Source: Candidatus Zhuqueibacterota bacterium
Lineage (GTDB): Bacteria > Zhuqueibacterota > Zhuqueibacteria > Residuimicrobiales > Krinioviventaceae
Length of the DNA stretch: 64,000 bases
Assembly: GCA_016929295.1 (NCBI GenBank)
Contig: JAFGJB010000061.1
Span: 5,318-69,317 of the forward strand
Direction of reading: 5' to 3'
Shown here: piece by piece, positions 29,475-38,878 of the stretch
Numbering within the stretch: position 1 is the first letter of the stretch
Layout: each line of letters starts with the position of its first letter
Translations under genes and position numbers: made by a program
The notes under the pieces: model-generated
The model's database searches: none
Told to the model about the DNA's origin: nothing
The model's input: only the letters and a program-made list of their open reading frames with translations

Positions 29475-32255
29475 ATGGGAAAAGCGTCTGAATTGCAGTT
29501 TGAATTCGAAGATTTCGATACCACGACCGAGCAAATTACGCGTACAGCAGAGCCAACGAACGGAAATCAGCACAAGCTGCAAATCCGCCGTTTTTTCACA
29601 AAACCTGATAAACATCCTTATGATGAAATTCAATGGGAATTTCGCACAGCTTCTATCATCAACGATAAAGGTGAAGTGCTTTTTGAACGAGAACTTGTTG
29701 AGACGCCACAAAGCTGGTCGCAGACGGCCGTCAATATCGTTGCATCGAAATATTTTCATACCTACCGAGATCGACATGAGCATGAGACGAGCGTCAAAGA
29801 GCTCATCGATCGAGTCGTTCGCACCTTGAAAGCCTGGGGGCGCAAAGACGGCTATTTTGCCGGCGAACAGGACGCCGAAACATATGAAGCCGAGCTCACC
29901 CATTTGCTGGTGCATCAAAAGGCGGCGTTTAACAGTCCGGTGTGGTTTAACATGGGCTGTGAAGAAAAGCCGCAATGCTCCGCCTGTTTCATCAATTCTG
30001 TCAAAGACGAGATGGAGTCGATTCTCAATCTGGCCAAAACAGAGGGATTATTGTTCAAATGGGGATCCGGCACCGGCACCAATCTCTCGCCACTCCGTTC
30101 CTCAAGAGAGCTGTTGTCCACCGGCGGTTTGGCATCCGGCCCGGTCTCTTTCATGCGCGGATACGATGCCTTTGCCGGCGTCATAAAGTCGGGTGGAAAG
30201 ACACGACGCGCGGCTAAAATGGTGATTCTCGACATCGACCACCCGGACATTGTGGAATTCATCAATTGCAAAGTCATCGAAGAAAAAAAGGCGTGGGCGC
30301 TGATTGACGCCGGCTATGACGGCTCATTTGGCGGCGATGCCTACTCGTCAGTATTTTTTCAAAACTCGAACAATAGCGTTCGCGTCTCCGATGAGTTCAT
30401 GATGTCGGTGCAGGAAGATCGTGAATGGTGCACCAGAGCGGTCACCACAGGCGAGGTCATTGACCGACACCGTTCGCGAGATCTCATGAATATGATCAGC
30501 GAAGCGGCTTACATTTGCGGTGATCCGGGCATTCAGTTTCACACAACCATCAATGACTGGCACACCTGTCCCAATTCGGCGCCAATCAATGCCTCCAATC
30601 CCTGCAGCGAGTATATGTTCATCGATGACTCTGCCTGCAATCTGGCGTCGTTGAACCTGATCAAGTTCATCGGTGCGGATGGCGCCTTTGACATCGAAGC
30701 TTTCCGTCGTGCTGTCCACATCCTCATCGTCTCGCAAGAAATTATTGTCGGCAATTCCAGCTACCCGAATGACAAAATCACCAATAACAGCCATCTTTTC
30801 CGTCCGCTTGGCCTGGGTTACGCCAATCTGGGCGCACTGCTCATGTACTTTGGTCTGCCATACGACAGCCCCCAGGGACGCGCCCTTGCTGCCACACTCA
30901 CGGCCCTGATGACCGGACAAGCCTACCTCTCCTCAGCCATTCTGGCGAGCGCTGTTCATCCCTTTCAGGAATTTGAAAAGAACCGCGACGCCATGTTGGC
31001 TGTCATGAAAAAGCATCAGAACGCGTTGCAGGTGATCGACAAGCAATATATCGCCGCTGAGCTTTTTGATGCGGCGCAGGAGGTGTGGAACGATGCTGTC
31101 GAATTGGGCGAAAACTATGGTTATCGCAATGCACAGGTGACCGTTCTGGCGCCGACCGGGACCATCGGTTTCATGATGGATTGTGATACAACCGGTATCG
31201 AACCGGATCTGGCGCTGGTGAAATTTAAAAATATGGTCGGCGGCGGCTTTATGAAACTGGTCAACGGCACGGTCGAACCAGCCCTGGCGCGTCTCGGCTA
31301 TTCTGCAGAGGAAAGGCAAGCAATCCTCGATTATATCAATCAATTTGATACGATCGAGGGGGCGCCTCATATCAAGGAATCTGATCTCGCCGTCTTTGAC
31401 TGCGCCTTTCGGCCGCGAAATGGATCGCGCTGCATTCATCACATGGGACATGTCAGAATGATGGGCGCCGTGCAGCCATTTCTGTCCGGCGCTATATCCA
31501 AAACCGTCAACATGCCGACCGAAGTGACGCCGGATGATATAGCTGACACCTACATGCAAGCCTGGGAATTGGGCCTCAAGTCCATTGCCATTTACCGCGA
31601 CGGCTCGAAACGAACACAGCCGCTGTCCACCGGCAAATCGAATGTCCGCAAGGATGAACTGGATGCCTTGTTCGGCGAGAACACCACGCCGCAGGGATCA
31701 CGCGGCATTCGTCGCCGACTGCCTGATGAGCGCTCGGCGACGACGCACAAGTTCGAAATCGGCGGCCATGAGGGATATATCACGGTTGGCGAGTACGAGG
31801 ATCATACACCGGGAGAGATATTTGTGACCATGGCGAAAGAGGGCTCTGTCGTATCCGGTCTCATGGATTGCTTTGCGACGTCGATCTCCATAGGCCTGCA
31901 GTCAGGCGTGCCTCTTGAAACGTACGTTCGCAAATTCACTCACACGCGATTCGAACCGTATGGATATACCAACAATCCCAAGATTCGTATGGCCAAATCC
32001 ATTGCCGACTATATTTTCCGCTGGCTAGAGCTGCGCTATCTGGGAATTAAAGCCGCCGATGATAAAGAGACCAAGACGACCGAGATGACCAATGTCGAAA
32101 AGCAAAATATTGCCAAACAACTGGGACAAGTCACCAAAACCACCTTTGAAGGTCAAGAAGATGCTCCTCCCTGCCCATCCTGCGGCGCGATCATGGTTCG
32201 CAGCGGAGCCTGCCACAAATGCCTGAATTGTGGTGAAACCAGTGGCTGTTCATAA
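29475..32255 (+). CDS. nrdJ: Class II (adenosylcobalamin-dependent) ribonucleotide reductase with C-terminal TSCPD and Zn-ribbon domains
   Basis: FNSPVWFN, QCSACFI, GGKTRRAAKM, ASNPCSEY (thiyl Cys), ACNLASLNL, APTGTIG, SGAISKTVN, RRRLPDER, CPSCG..CLNCGETSGCS. Confidence 0.95.
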   Translation: MGKASELQFEFEDFDTTTEQITRTAEPTNGNQHKLQIRRFFTKPDKHPYDEIQWEFRTASIINDKGEVLFERELVETPQSWSQTAVNIVASKYFHTYRDRHEHETSVKELIDRVVRTLKAWGRKDGYFAGEQDAETYEAELTHLLVHQKAAFNSPVWFNMGCEEKPQCSACFINSVKDEMESILNLAKTEGLLFKWGSGTGTNLSPLRSSRELLSTGGLASGPVSFMRGYDAFAGVIKSGGKTRRAAKMVILDIDHPDIVEFINCKVIEEKKAWALIDAGYDGSFGGDAYSSVFFQNSNNSVRVSDEFMMSVQEDREWCTRAVTTGEVIDRHRSRDLMNMISEAAYICGDPGIQFHTTINDWHTCPNSAPINASNPCSEYMFIDDSACNLASLNLIKFIGADGAFDIEAFRRAVHILIVSQEIIVGNSSYPNDKITNNSHLFRPLGLGYANLGALLMYFGLPYDSPQGRALAATLTALMTGQAYLSSAILASAVHPFQEFEKNRDAMLAVMKKHQNALQVIDKQYIAAELFDAAQEVWNDAVELGENYGYRNAQVTVLAPTGTIGFMMDCDTTGIEPDLALVKFKNMVGGGFMKLVNGTVEPALARLGYSAEERQAILDYINQFDTIEGAPHIKESDLAVFDCAFRPRNGSRCIHHMGHVRMMGAVQPFLSGAISKTVNMPTEVTPDDIADTYMQAWELGLKSIAIYRDGSKRTQPLSTGKSNVRKDELDALFGENTTPQGSRGIRRRLPDERSATTHKFEIGGHEGYITVGEYEDHTPGEIFVTMAKEGSVVSGLMDCFATSISIGLQSGVPLETYVRKFTHTRFEPYGYTNNPKIRMAKSIADYIFRWLELRYLGIKAADDKETKTTEMTNVEKQNIAKQLGQVTKTTFEGQEDAPPCPSCGAIMVRSGACHKCLNCGETSGCS

Positions 32256-32308
32256 CCTGGATATTTTTCAAGCATCTGACACGATGTAGCACCGCTTCAA
32301 TTTTCCAC

Positions 32309-32347
32309 AAAAAAAAGGCGCCCTGACACGGTCACGGCGCCTTTTTT
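32309..32347. terminator. Bidirectional intrinsic terminator between nrdJ and the STAS gene
   Basis: A-run, GGCGCC...GGCGCC stem, T-run. Confidence 0.8.
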
Positions 32348-32364
32348 CATGTTACGATGGCAGG

Positions 32365-32706
32365 CTAACTATTTTTCATCTGCTGCAGCGCATCATCCTT
32401 GTCCCGATAAATCTTGATGATATTGGTCAACTGGGCGATGCTGATCATTGTCTCGACGCGTTTTTGCACGCCGCAGATGGCAAAGTTGCCGCCGGCATCG
32501 CGAGCCTGGCGAAAGCCCAACAATATGGCGCCCAGCCCCGAGCTATCTGCATATTGAACATCTTCAAGATTCAGCAGGATCGTCTTGCCCTCTGCAATAA
32601 GGACGAGCAGCTGCGCTTTGAGATCAGGAGCGACGTTCGTGTCCAGGCGCTCTTCTTTTATGCGAATTATTTTTATCCCGTCAATTTCTTCCAGAAGAAA
32701 ATTCAT
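32365..32706 (-). CDS. STAS-domain anti-sigma factor antagonist
   Basis: RLDTNVAPDLK, LNLEDVQYADSSGLGAIL (phospho-Ser motif DSSG). Confidence 0.9.
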   Translation of the reverse strand: MNFLLEEIDGIKIIRIKEERLDTNVAPDLKAQLLVLIAEGKTILLNLEDVQYADSSGLGAILLGFRQARDAGGNFAICGVQKRVETMISIAQLTNIIKIYRDKDDALQQMKNS

Positions 32707-32807
32707 ATGCGCTACCCTCCGATTAATCGATCAACTATGACAAATTCGCCCATTTCTACCCGCTTGCCGGATACACTCTTCTTTATCGCTGACTCGTTTT
32801 GCCATGC

Positions 32808-33182
32808 TCATTCCCACTCGTCATCACCTTCCCAGGAGGGCGCGCCATCCAGCCAGTCTTCGTCTTCCGTCTCTTCCCAGTCGTCCTCGTCCTCTTCATC
32901 CTCTTCCTCTTCATCTTCTTCATCCTCTTCCTCTTCATCTTCTTCATCCTCGTCCTGCCAATACTCCTCTTCCCAATCTTCTTCCTCTTCGTGTTCGATG
33001 ACCTCGTCTTCTTCGACATCCTCCTCTTCATCCCACTCGTCATCTTCGCTCACATCATCGAGCGTCTCGGCATCCGGCTCTTCTTCTTCAAAGATGCCAA
33101 ACTCATCGGCATCTTCGTCTTCGCCCGTGCCGTATTCGTCATCGGCAAAATCGTCATCATCGATGAATGGATCTTTGCTCAT
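32808..33182 (-). CDS. Extremely acidic low-complexity small protein (about 65% D/E, 7 Trp)
   Basis: ATG preceded by AGAGG; 124 codons; synonymous variation among Asp/Glu codons; co-oriented upstream of the STAS gene. Confidence 0.7.
   Translation of the reverse strand: MSKDPFIDDDDFADDEYGTGEDEDADEFGIFEEEEPDAETLDDVSEDDEWDEEEDVEEDEVIEHEEEEDWEEEYWQDEDEEDEEEEDEEDEEEEDEEDEDDWEETEDEDWLDGAPSWEGDDEWE
32901..32948. repeat. Exact 24-bp tandem duplication (DEEDEEEE x2) inside the acidic ORF
   Basis: CTCTTCCTCTTCATCTTCTTCATC at 32901-32924 and 32925-32948. Confidence 0.9.
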
Positions 33183-33427
33183 TTTGACCTCTATTTGATT
33201 AAACTTCCATCATTGTCTTGAAAAATGCCGCGTAAAGTATCAAATGAGATTGCAATATGCAACATTTTTTTATTTATACCACAATATTTACAATATATTG
33301 TTTATTTTACGGAAAGATCATTTATGATTTTCTCTTTTTACATGATGACTCATTTGCCAGATTTTTTTACTCATGCAAAGACGCAGAGGCGAAAAGGAAC
33401 ACAATTGATACGCGATTGCCACGTTCA

Positions 33428-34576
33428 CTATTGTGGCGGACGTTTTCCCAATAGCAGCCATTCATAATAGGCCGAGGATCCCGTATCCAATATTTCACGA
33501 ATCAATCTGGCCACCGAGTTGCCAATACCTTTTATCTGTTGTAATTGATTATAAAGATGACGAAGAGGTTCCTTCATTTGCGAAATCGAATAGGCTGCAT
33601 AGCCGTACGGACTCTTTTGGTTCTTCAGCTTCAGTAGATAGTCGATGTGTTCCAGAATAATAACAACCCGATCCGTCTCATCAACAAAATCACGCCATAT
33701 GAAAGGCGGAATACGGATCGGCACTTGAAAAGTTTTGCAAATCTCTGCAAATAGATGACTGATCGAGTCATAATATTCTTTTCGCGCTTCACCCCAGGGA
33801 TTGCCGGAGTAGATGTTTTCATATTGGGGAATAAGCCTCGCATCATACTCGCGCAGGATGCGGTAAAAATGCTCCTGTTGTCGTCCTGCTTTCATGGTTA
33901 AGCCGCCAAAGATGATGAAATCGATGCCAATATCTGTCGCCGCTTTTACGCTTTCGGCTATTTTTTCAGGGGAATCAGTGATGAACGGTAGCACCGGCAT
34001 CAAATACATTCCTATGGGAAAATTCGCCTTTTTAAACTTTGCTAGTGTCTTCAGTCGGTGAGTGGGTCGAGATACACCAGGCTCAAAGCGGGCAGAGATA
34101 GCGTCATCCACCGATGAAAAACTCATACTGATTATCGCGCACGACTGCTGATGAATTCGTCTCAATAGCTCGAAATCTCTTTCAATCAGCGTCGATTTGG
34201 TGAGCATATGAACCGGAAAATTATAGTATGCGATGAGCTGCAGCGCCTGGCGGGTCAGTTCATACTGCAATTCCACTGGTTGGTAACTATCGCAGACACC
34301 TCCACCGACGAATATAAAGCCCGGCCTCAAGGGTTTTCTCTTGTGCGTCGGATCAATCTCACGTTTCAAGACGTCGATGGCATTCATTTTCACTGCCACA
34401 TCGCGGCCAAATTCTCCCTCCACCTGGTATTTTTCTGCACGGCCGTCGCAGTAAGCGCAATTGTGAGTACAACCGCGGTAAAGATTCATGCCGTATCGAG
34501 AAACGAACCACGATTCCGCTTTTTTCTGCTTGCGAAGAATGGATTTCGCCTGAGTATTTATCACATTTGCGCGCAT
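33428..34576 (-). CDS. Radical SAM protein (spore photoproduct lyase-like/Rv2578c-like) with a C-terminal helix-hairpin-helix domain
   Basis: Start reassigned to MRANVINTQAKSILRK; NLYRGCTHNCAYC, DSYQPVE, LTKSTLIERD, FEPG, MPVLPFITD; C-terminal IKGIGNSVARLIREILDTG. Confidence 0.85.
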   Translation of the reverse strand: MRANVINTQAKSILRKQKKAESWFVSRYGMNLYRGCTHNCAYCDGRAEKYQVEGEFGRDVAVKMNAIDVLKREIDPTHKRKPLRPGFIFVGGGVCDSYQPVELQYELTRQALQLIAYYNFPVHMLTKSTLIERDFELLRRIHQQSCAIISMSFSSVDDAISARFEPGVSRPTHRLKTLAKFKKANFPIGMYLMPVLPFITDSPEKIAESVKAATDIGIDFIIFGGLTMKAGRQQEHFYRILREYDARLIPQYENIYSGNPWGEARKEYYDSISHLFAEICKTFQVPIRIPPFIWRDFVDETDRVVIILEHIDYLLKLKNQKSPYGYAAYSISQMKEPLRHLYNQLQQIKGIGNSVARLIREILDTGSSAYYEWLLLGKRPPQ

Positions 34577-34637
34577 GACGACAAAGGAACGACTTGTGAC
34601 ATTGATGATTGTCGATGGAATAAGGGGCGCTGCACAC

Positions 34638-36593
34638 TTAATGCGCGCCGACAATCGGCAACCATACCGCCATCTCTCCAACACCACGATGATTCCATGC
34701 ATAGTACGGGATCGCACGAAAATCTTGCTCGCGATTCGGTTCATCCAGTCGCACCGCTCGGCCATTCAACACCACGACACCGTGCAAAAGATGGTCGAGG
34801 TACTCACTTTGCAGCTGTGAATCCAGCCGGAGAGCCAGATTGCTGATCGTGCCCAAGTTGTCGACTGCCTCTGCACAATAAACGATCGGACCGCGCTCCA
34901 GCGCCATTCTGCCGACATTTTCAGTCACCAATTCATGCGACATAACTTTGCGCACCGCCATCGGCACATCGAGTTGGATGCAATCGCCAGGCGACCATGT
35001 CTGCGTCAGCGCAATGAAGCCGTTGTGCATCTCTATCTCCTGCGGATCCTCATTGATGGTCAAATGCGCAGCACGCTCGCCCGCCTCGATATAGGAATAT
35101 AAATCACTCGGCACGGGCTGATTGGCCCAGCCAGGCAGCCGCAATTTGATTGTGAACGGCGCTGCCTTGCCAGGATCGATGATGATTGTTATTTTACCAT
35201 CCCATGGATATTCCGTTTCCTGGATAATTTTCACTTGCCGGCTTCCGAGGGAAAAGACCGCTTCATTCGCTGCATAAAGATTCACATATATTGTATCCTG
35301 CTGCTGCGCATAAAAATATCCGGGCAATGACGGTATAAATCGGCAAATATTCGACGGACAGCAGGAACAGTCAAACCATTCTTTACGCGTCGTCGAACCC
35401 TGGTTGAACGGCATCTTGCCGTCAAACGCCAGGCAATTGGGATAGAAAAAGGTATCCCCTTCCAGGGAGACTCCGGAAATCAGGCCGTTGTAAAGGGTGC
35501 GCTCCATGACGTCCAGATATTTAGCATGCCCTTTGAGCAAAAACATGCGATGATTCCACATGACATTGGCGATGGCGGCGCAGGTTTCGTTGTAAGAGGT
35601 CGCGTTCGGCAATTCATAATTGGCGCCAAATGCCTCCCCATGCCTTTGCGCACCGATGCCGCCAGTGATGTAAAGCTTTTTCGATACCACATTATCCCAG
35701 ATGCGATCGATGGCGTCGACGTACGTGCGCTCGCCAGTCAAGGCAGCGACATCAGCAACGCCTGAGTAGAAATAGCCCGCACGCACCGCATGGCCGACAG
35801 CCTCATTCTGCTCATAAACAGGCGCATGATCCTGAGAGTAGGGGCCATACAACTCGTGACCCTGAGCATTACCGCGTTGATCGATGAAAAAACGGGCCAG
35901 CTGCAGATATTTATTATCGCCAGTGGCGCGATATAATTTGACCAGGCCGATTTCAACTTCCTCATGCCCGGGAGGCGACATGAGCTTACCCGGTCCAAAG
36001 GTTTCAGCGATGAAATCGGCATTTTTGATCGCCACATCGAGAAAATGCCGTTTTCCGGTGACCTGATAGTGGGCAACAGCGGCTTCATACATGTGCCCCA
36101 CATTGTAAAGCTCGTGTCCGCCGCCGATATCCGACCAGCGCTCTGCCGTGCCGGACCAGGTTGTCGGCGGCTTGTTTGGGTCGATCGTACGCCAGGTCAT
36201 GATATAGCCATCATCTTCCTGCGCCGCGGCAATTTTTGCAATCAGATCATCGAGATAAGCCTCCAGCTCTGCATCCGGAAACGTTGCCAGTGAGTAGGAC
36301 GCCCCTTCGATGATCTTGTAAACATCCGAATCATCGAACGGAAATGGTGACTGAAATTCTCCCTCGCGCATACCGGCGGCGATCTCAAAATTGGCTATGC
36401 GTCCGGTCTCCTGACATTTTTTAAAAGAAGCAGGAATGGTCACCTGACGGTTTACATCAAGACGATGCCGCCAGAAAGCATCCGTCAGTTTGACGCTGGT
36501 GAAGGGAACGGGCTTGATGGGATAATCGACGGCTCTTTTTGTCGCACACGATAAAATCAGCAGCATGAAGAGGCAAATGAGATATTTCATCAA
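34638..36593 (-). CDS. GH127 beta-L-arabinofuranosidase-family lipoprotein
   Basis: Lipobox ILSC; FDDSDVYK, HELYNVGH, GHAVRAGY, ETCAAIA and CSCCP (Zn-binding/catalytic Cys). Confidence 0.92.
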   Translation of the reverse strand: MMKYLICLFMLLILSCATKRAVDYPIKPVPFTSVKLTDAFWRHRLDVNRQVTIPASFKKCQETGRIANFEIAAGMREGEFQSPFPFDDSDVYKIIEGASYSLATFPDAELEAYLDDLIAKIAAAQEDDGYIMTWRTIDPNKPPTTWSGTAERWSDIGGGHELYNVGHMYEAAVAHYQVTGKRHFLDVAIKNADFIAETFGPGKLMSPPGHEEVEIGLVKLYRATGDNKYLQLARFFIDQRGNAQGHELYGPYSQDHAPVYEQNEAVGHAVRAGYFYSGVADVAALTGERTYVDAIDRIWDNVVSKKLYITGGIGAQRHGEAFGANYELPNATSYNETCAAIANVMWNHRMFLLKGHAKYLDVMERTLYNGLISGVSLEGDTFFYPNCLAFDGKMPFNQGSTTRKEWFDCSCCPSNICRFIPSLPGYFYAQQQDTIYVNLYAANEAVFSLGSRQVKIIQETEYPWDGKITIIIDPGKAAPFTIKLRLPGWANQPVPSDLYSYIEAGERAAHLTINEDPQEIEMHNGFIALTQTWSPGDCIQLDVPMAVRKVMSHELVTENVGRMALERGPIVYCAEAVDNLGTISNLALRLDSQLQSEYLDHLLHGVVVLNGRAVRLDEPNREQDFRAIPYYAWNHRGVGEMAVWLPIVGAH

Positions 36594-37948
36594 AAACTCC
36601 TTTCATTCCTAGCCCGTGCATAGTCGAATCCCAGTAATGCCGCGCCCCGCATGGACGACTGATCAACGAGACGATATTCCGCAGGCCACATCCATTTTTG
36701 CTTTGCCTTGATGAGCGCCTCATTCACAGCTCCCCCGGTGACGTGAATGATGTGATCCAAATTAACGAACGCAGAAACCTGCTGCAAGTGCTTTTTTTGA
36801 TAGTCGCATAATCCTTTGATGACCGCAGCAAGAATTTGCGGGCGCGTCGATTCTGCAGTCAATCCTTCGAGCCTGGCTGTAAGTGGTTCGAGTGAATATC
36901 TTGATCCCATCAGATAAGGAGTATAAACGACCTCATTCGTTTTGGCAAGCCATTCATCAATTGCATCACCTATAAAACGGCTGAAAAAATCTTCGTCAGA
37001 CAGGTCGGCGCAAAATGTCTTTTTGAACCAATCGTACGCTATGCCGCCGGCGTTCATGACATGCAGCGTCAGCCAGCGAGCGCGCGACACATGCGCCCGC
37101 ACATTATAGGCCGGCGAAGGAATGCAGCGCTGCAGGCAGACCATGGTGATTTCACACGTGCCGTTCACATTGATGATATCGCCGGGTGATTGAATGCCGG
37201 CAGAATAGGCGGCCAGGACGGCATCGTTGCCGCCGATCAGCACCTGCGGCGGCATCCGGAATCCCAGCTTGTGCGCAATTTCATTCTTCATCACGCCGAC
37301 GCTCGCCGCAGCGGGCATGATTTCGGGCAGCCGATCGATCGATAAGCCGCAAGCCCGGGCAATGGATTCGTTCCAGGTCATGTCATTCTTCACAGTGTTG
37401 TACAAAGCTGACAATGAGGCGGACGATGGATCAATGGCGCTCCGTCCGGTGAGCCACTTGGCAAAAAAAGTGTTGGAATGGCCAAAAGTGGCCGTCTTTC
37501 GATAAATATCGGGCAGATTTTCCTTGATCCACAGGATGCTCGCCAATGAACAGCCGCCGGCAACGGGCATATTGCCGGTGTGTTCAAAGAGATAGTCGGG
37601 ACCAATCGCATCAATGATGAACTGCGCCTGCACCCGCGAGCGTTGATCCAGCATCAAAATGGCGGGATAGAGAGCTGTGCCATTTTCTGCCATGGCAGTC
37701 AATGCAGGGGTTGTGCCAGAAAGCGCTATGATCTCGACATCCGCGATCTCTGGCTGCAACGCACGGCAGCCGTTTTGAAAAGCAGCGAGCCATTTCTCCG
37801 GATCAATATCAGCGAACAGACCACGATTGTAAATATTGAGATGGTAGGCCTCTGCGTACTGCTTTTGTGGGGCCATATCAACGGCCGATCTATAGACCGC
37901 CATTTTAAGACCGGTCGTGCCTATATCTATGGCGAGAATTGCGCTCAT
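36590..37948 (-). CDS. FGGY-family carbohydrate kinase (xylulokinase-like)
   Basis: AIDIGTTGLK, LDQRS, GGNDAVLA, NGTCE, PYLMGSR, VTGG. Confidence 0.85.
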   Translation of the reverse strand: MSAILAIDIGTTGLKMAVYRSAVDMAPQKQYAEAYHLNIYNRGLFADIDPEKWLAAFQNGCRALQPEIADVEIIALSGTTPALTAMAENGTALYPAILMLDQRSRVQAQFIIDAIGPDYLFEHTGNMPVAGGCSLASILWIKENLPDIYRKTATFGHSNTFFAKWLTGRSAIDPSSASLSALYNTVKNDMTWNESIARACGLSIDRLPEIMPAAASVGVMKNEIAHKLGFRMPPQVLIGGNDAVLAAYSAGIQSPGDIINVNGTCEITMVCLQRCIPSPAYNVRAHVSRARWLTLHVMNAGGIAYDWFKKTFCADLSDEDFFSRFIGDAIDEWLAKTNEVVYTPYLMGSRYSLEPLTARLEGLTAESTRPQILAAVIKGLCDYQKKHLQQVSAFVNLDHIIHVTGGAVNEALIKAKQKWMWPAEYRLVDQSSMRGAALLGFDYARARNERSF

Positions 37949-38859
37949 CGCACGAGGCTGCTCTCTATGATGAATCCGTCCCGCACCATTGCGGTGCGGA
38001 TTTTCACCACTTCCGTTTCAGGCACGGGGCGCATGGGCGAGCGCGGCTCATCGCCGTGCAAGCCGACGATGTTCATCGCTGCTTTGACACCGGCGACGCC
38101 ATAGGCGCCCGAGACAGCGGTAGTCAAGCGTGCCAGGCGAAAATGCAACTGCCGCGCTTTATCATAGTTTTTGCTGCGCCAGGCTTGATACAACTCGACG
38201 ACGGCATCGGGAAAGACATTCGCCAGCGAGATGATGCCGCCGCATGCGCCAATATGCAGCGACGGATAGAATGTGCTGCTCGAACCGGACAGGATGGAAA
38301 AATCCAGGTTCGGATCGACTATGCTCAGGTATTGGCCGGGTCCTTCTGCCGATGAATCTTTGATGCCGACGATATTTTCATGCGCCGCCAGCGCCGCCAC
38401 GGTTTTCGGTGGAATTTTGACGCCACCGGCAAACTGCGGCGCATTGTACAAGACAAGCGGTATCGGTGAAGCATCGGCAATACGCTCGAAATGGGCTTGC
38501 AGCGCATCGCCGCTCATGAATTTGGCGAAATAGCCGGGTGTGAGCACGCTGGCATAGTCGAATGCCATCGCAGCAGCGCGCTTTGCCTTTTCTATCGTCT
38601 CCCGCGTCGATTCGCAGGCGACGCCAACCATGATGATCTTATCTCCCTTGTGCTCGGCAAAGAGTTCCAAAATCTCACGCTGCTCTTTTTCGCTCATGCT
38701 GCGAAACTCGCCGTTCGAACCGAGGGCGAGATAGCCGCGCAGTTTTGATGTGCGGTAAAATTCGAGGTTTTTTTGCAAATGATCGAGCTGCAGTTCATCA
38801 TTGATGAAGGGGGTGTTCACCGGCGCAAACACGCCGGCGAGTTTTTCCTCATTGGTCAT
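37945..38859 (-). CDS. DHDPS/NAL-family aldolase (2-keto-3-deoxy-acid or HOG aldolase-like)
   Basis: GSNGE, LYNAP, GIKDSS (Schiff-base Lys); GAGGAG RBS before MTNEEK. Confidence 0.88.
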   Translation of the reverse strand: MTNEEKLAGVFAPVNTPFINDELQLDHLQKNLEFYRTSKLRGYLALGSNGEFRSMSEKEQREILELFAEHKGDKIIMVGVACESTRETIEKAKRAAAMAFDYASVLTPGYFAKFMSGDALQAHFERIADASPIPLVLYNAPQFAGGVKIPPKTVAALAAHENIVGIKDSSAEGPGQYLSIVDPNLDFSILSGSSSTFYPSLHIGACGGIISLANVFPDAVVELYQAWRSKNYDKARQLHFRLARLTTAVSGAYGVAGVKAAMNIVGLHGDEPRSPMRPVPETEVVKIRTAMVRDGFIIESSLVR

Positions 38860-38878
38860 AATAACTCCTCTTGACAAA

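Noticed and set aside
29475-32255. Intein or intron in nrdJ, a common host gene
   Set aside because: Catalytic motifs are normally spaced and there are no splicing or homing-endonuclease motifs.
32464-33221. Ser-rich and Phe/Leu/Ile-rich ORFs on the plus strand
   Set aside because: They are reverse-complement frames of the GAA/GAT-rich acidic ORF and overlap the STAS gene; the minus-strand ORF has the RBS and matching orientation.
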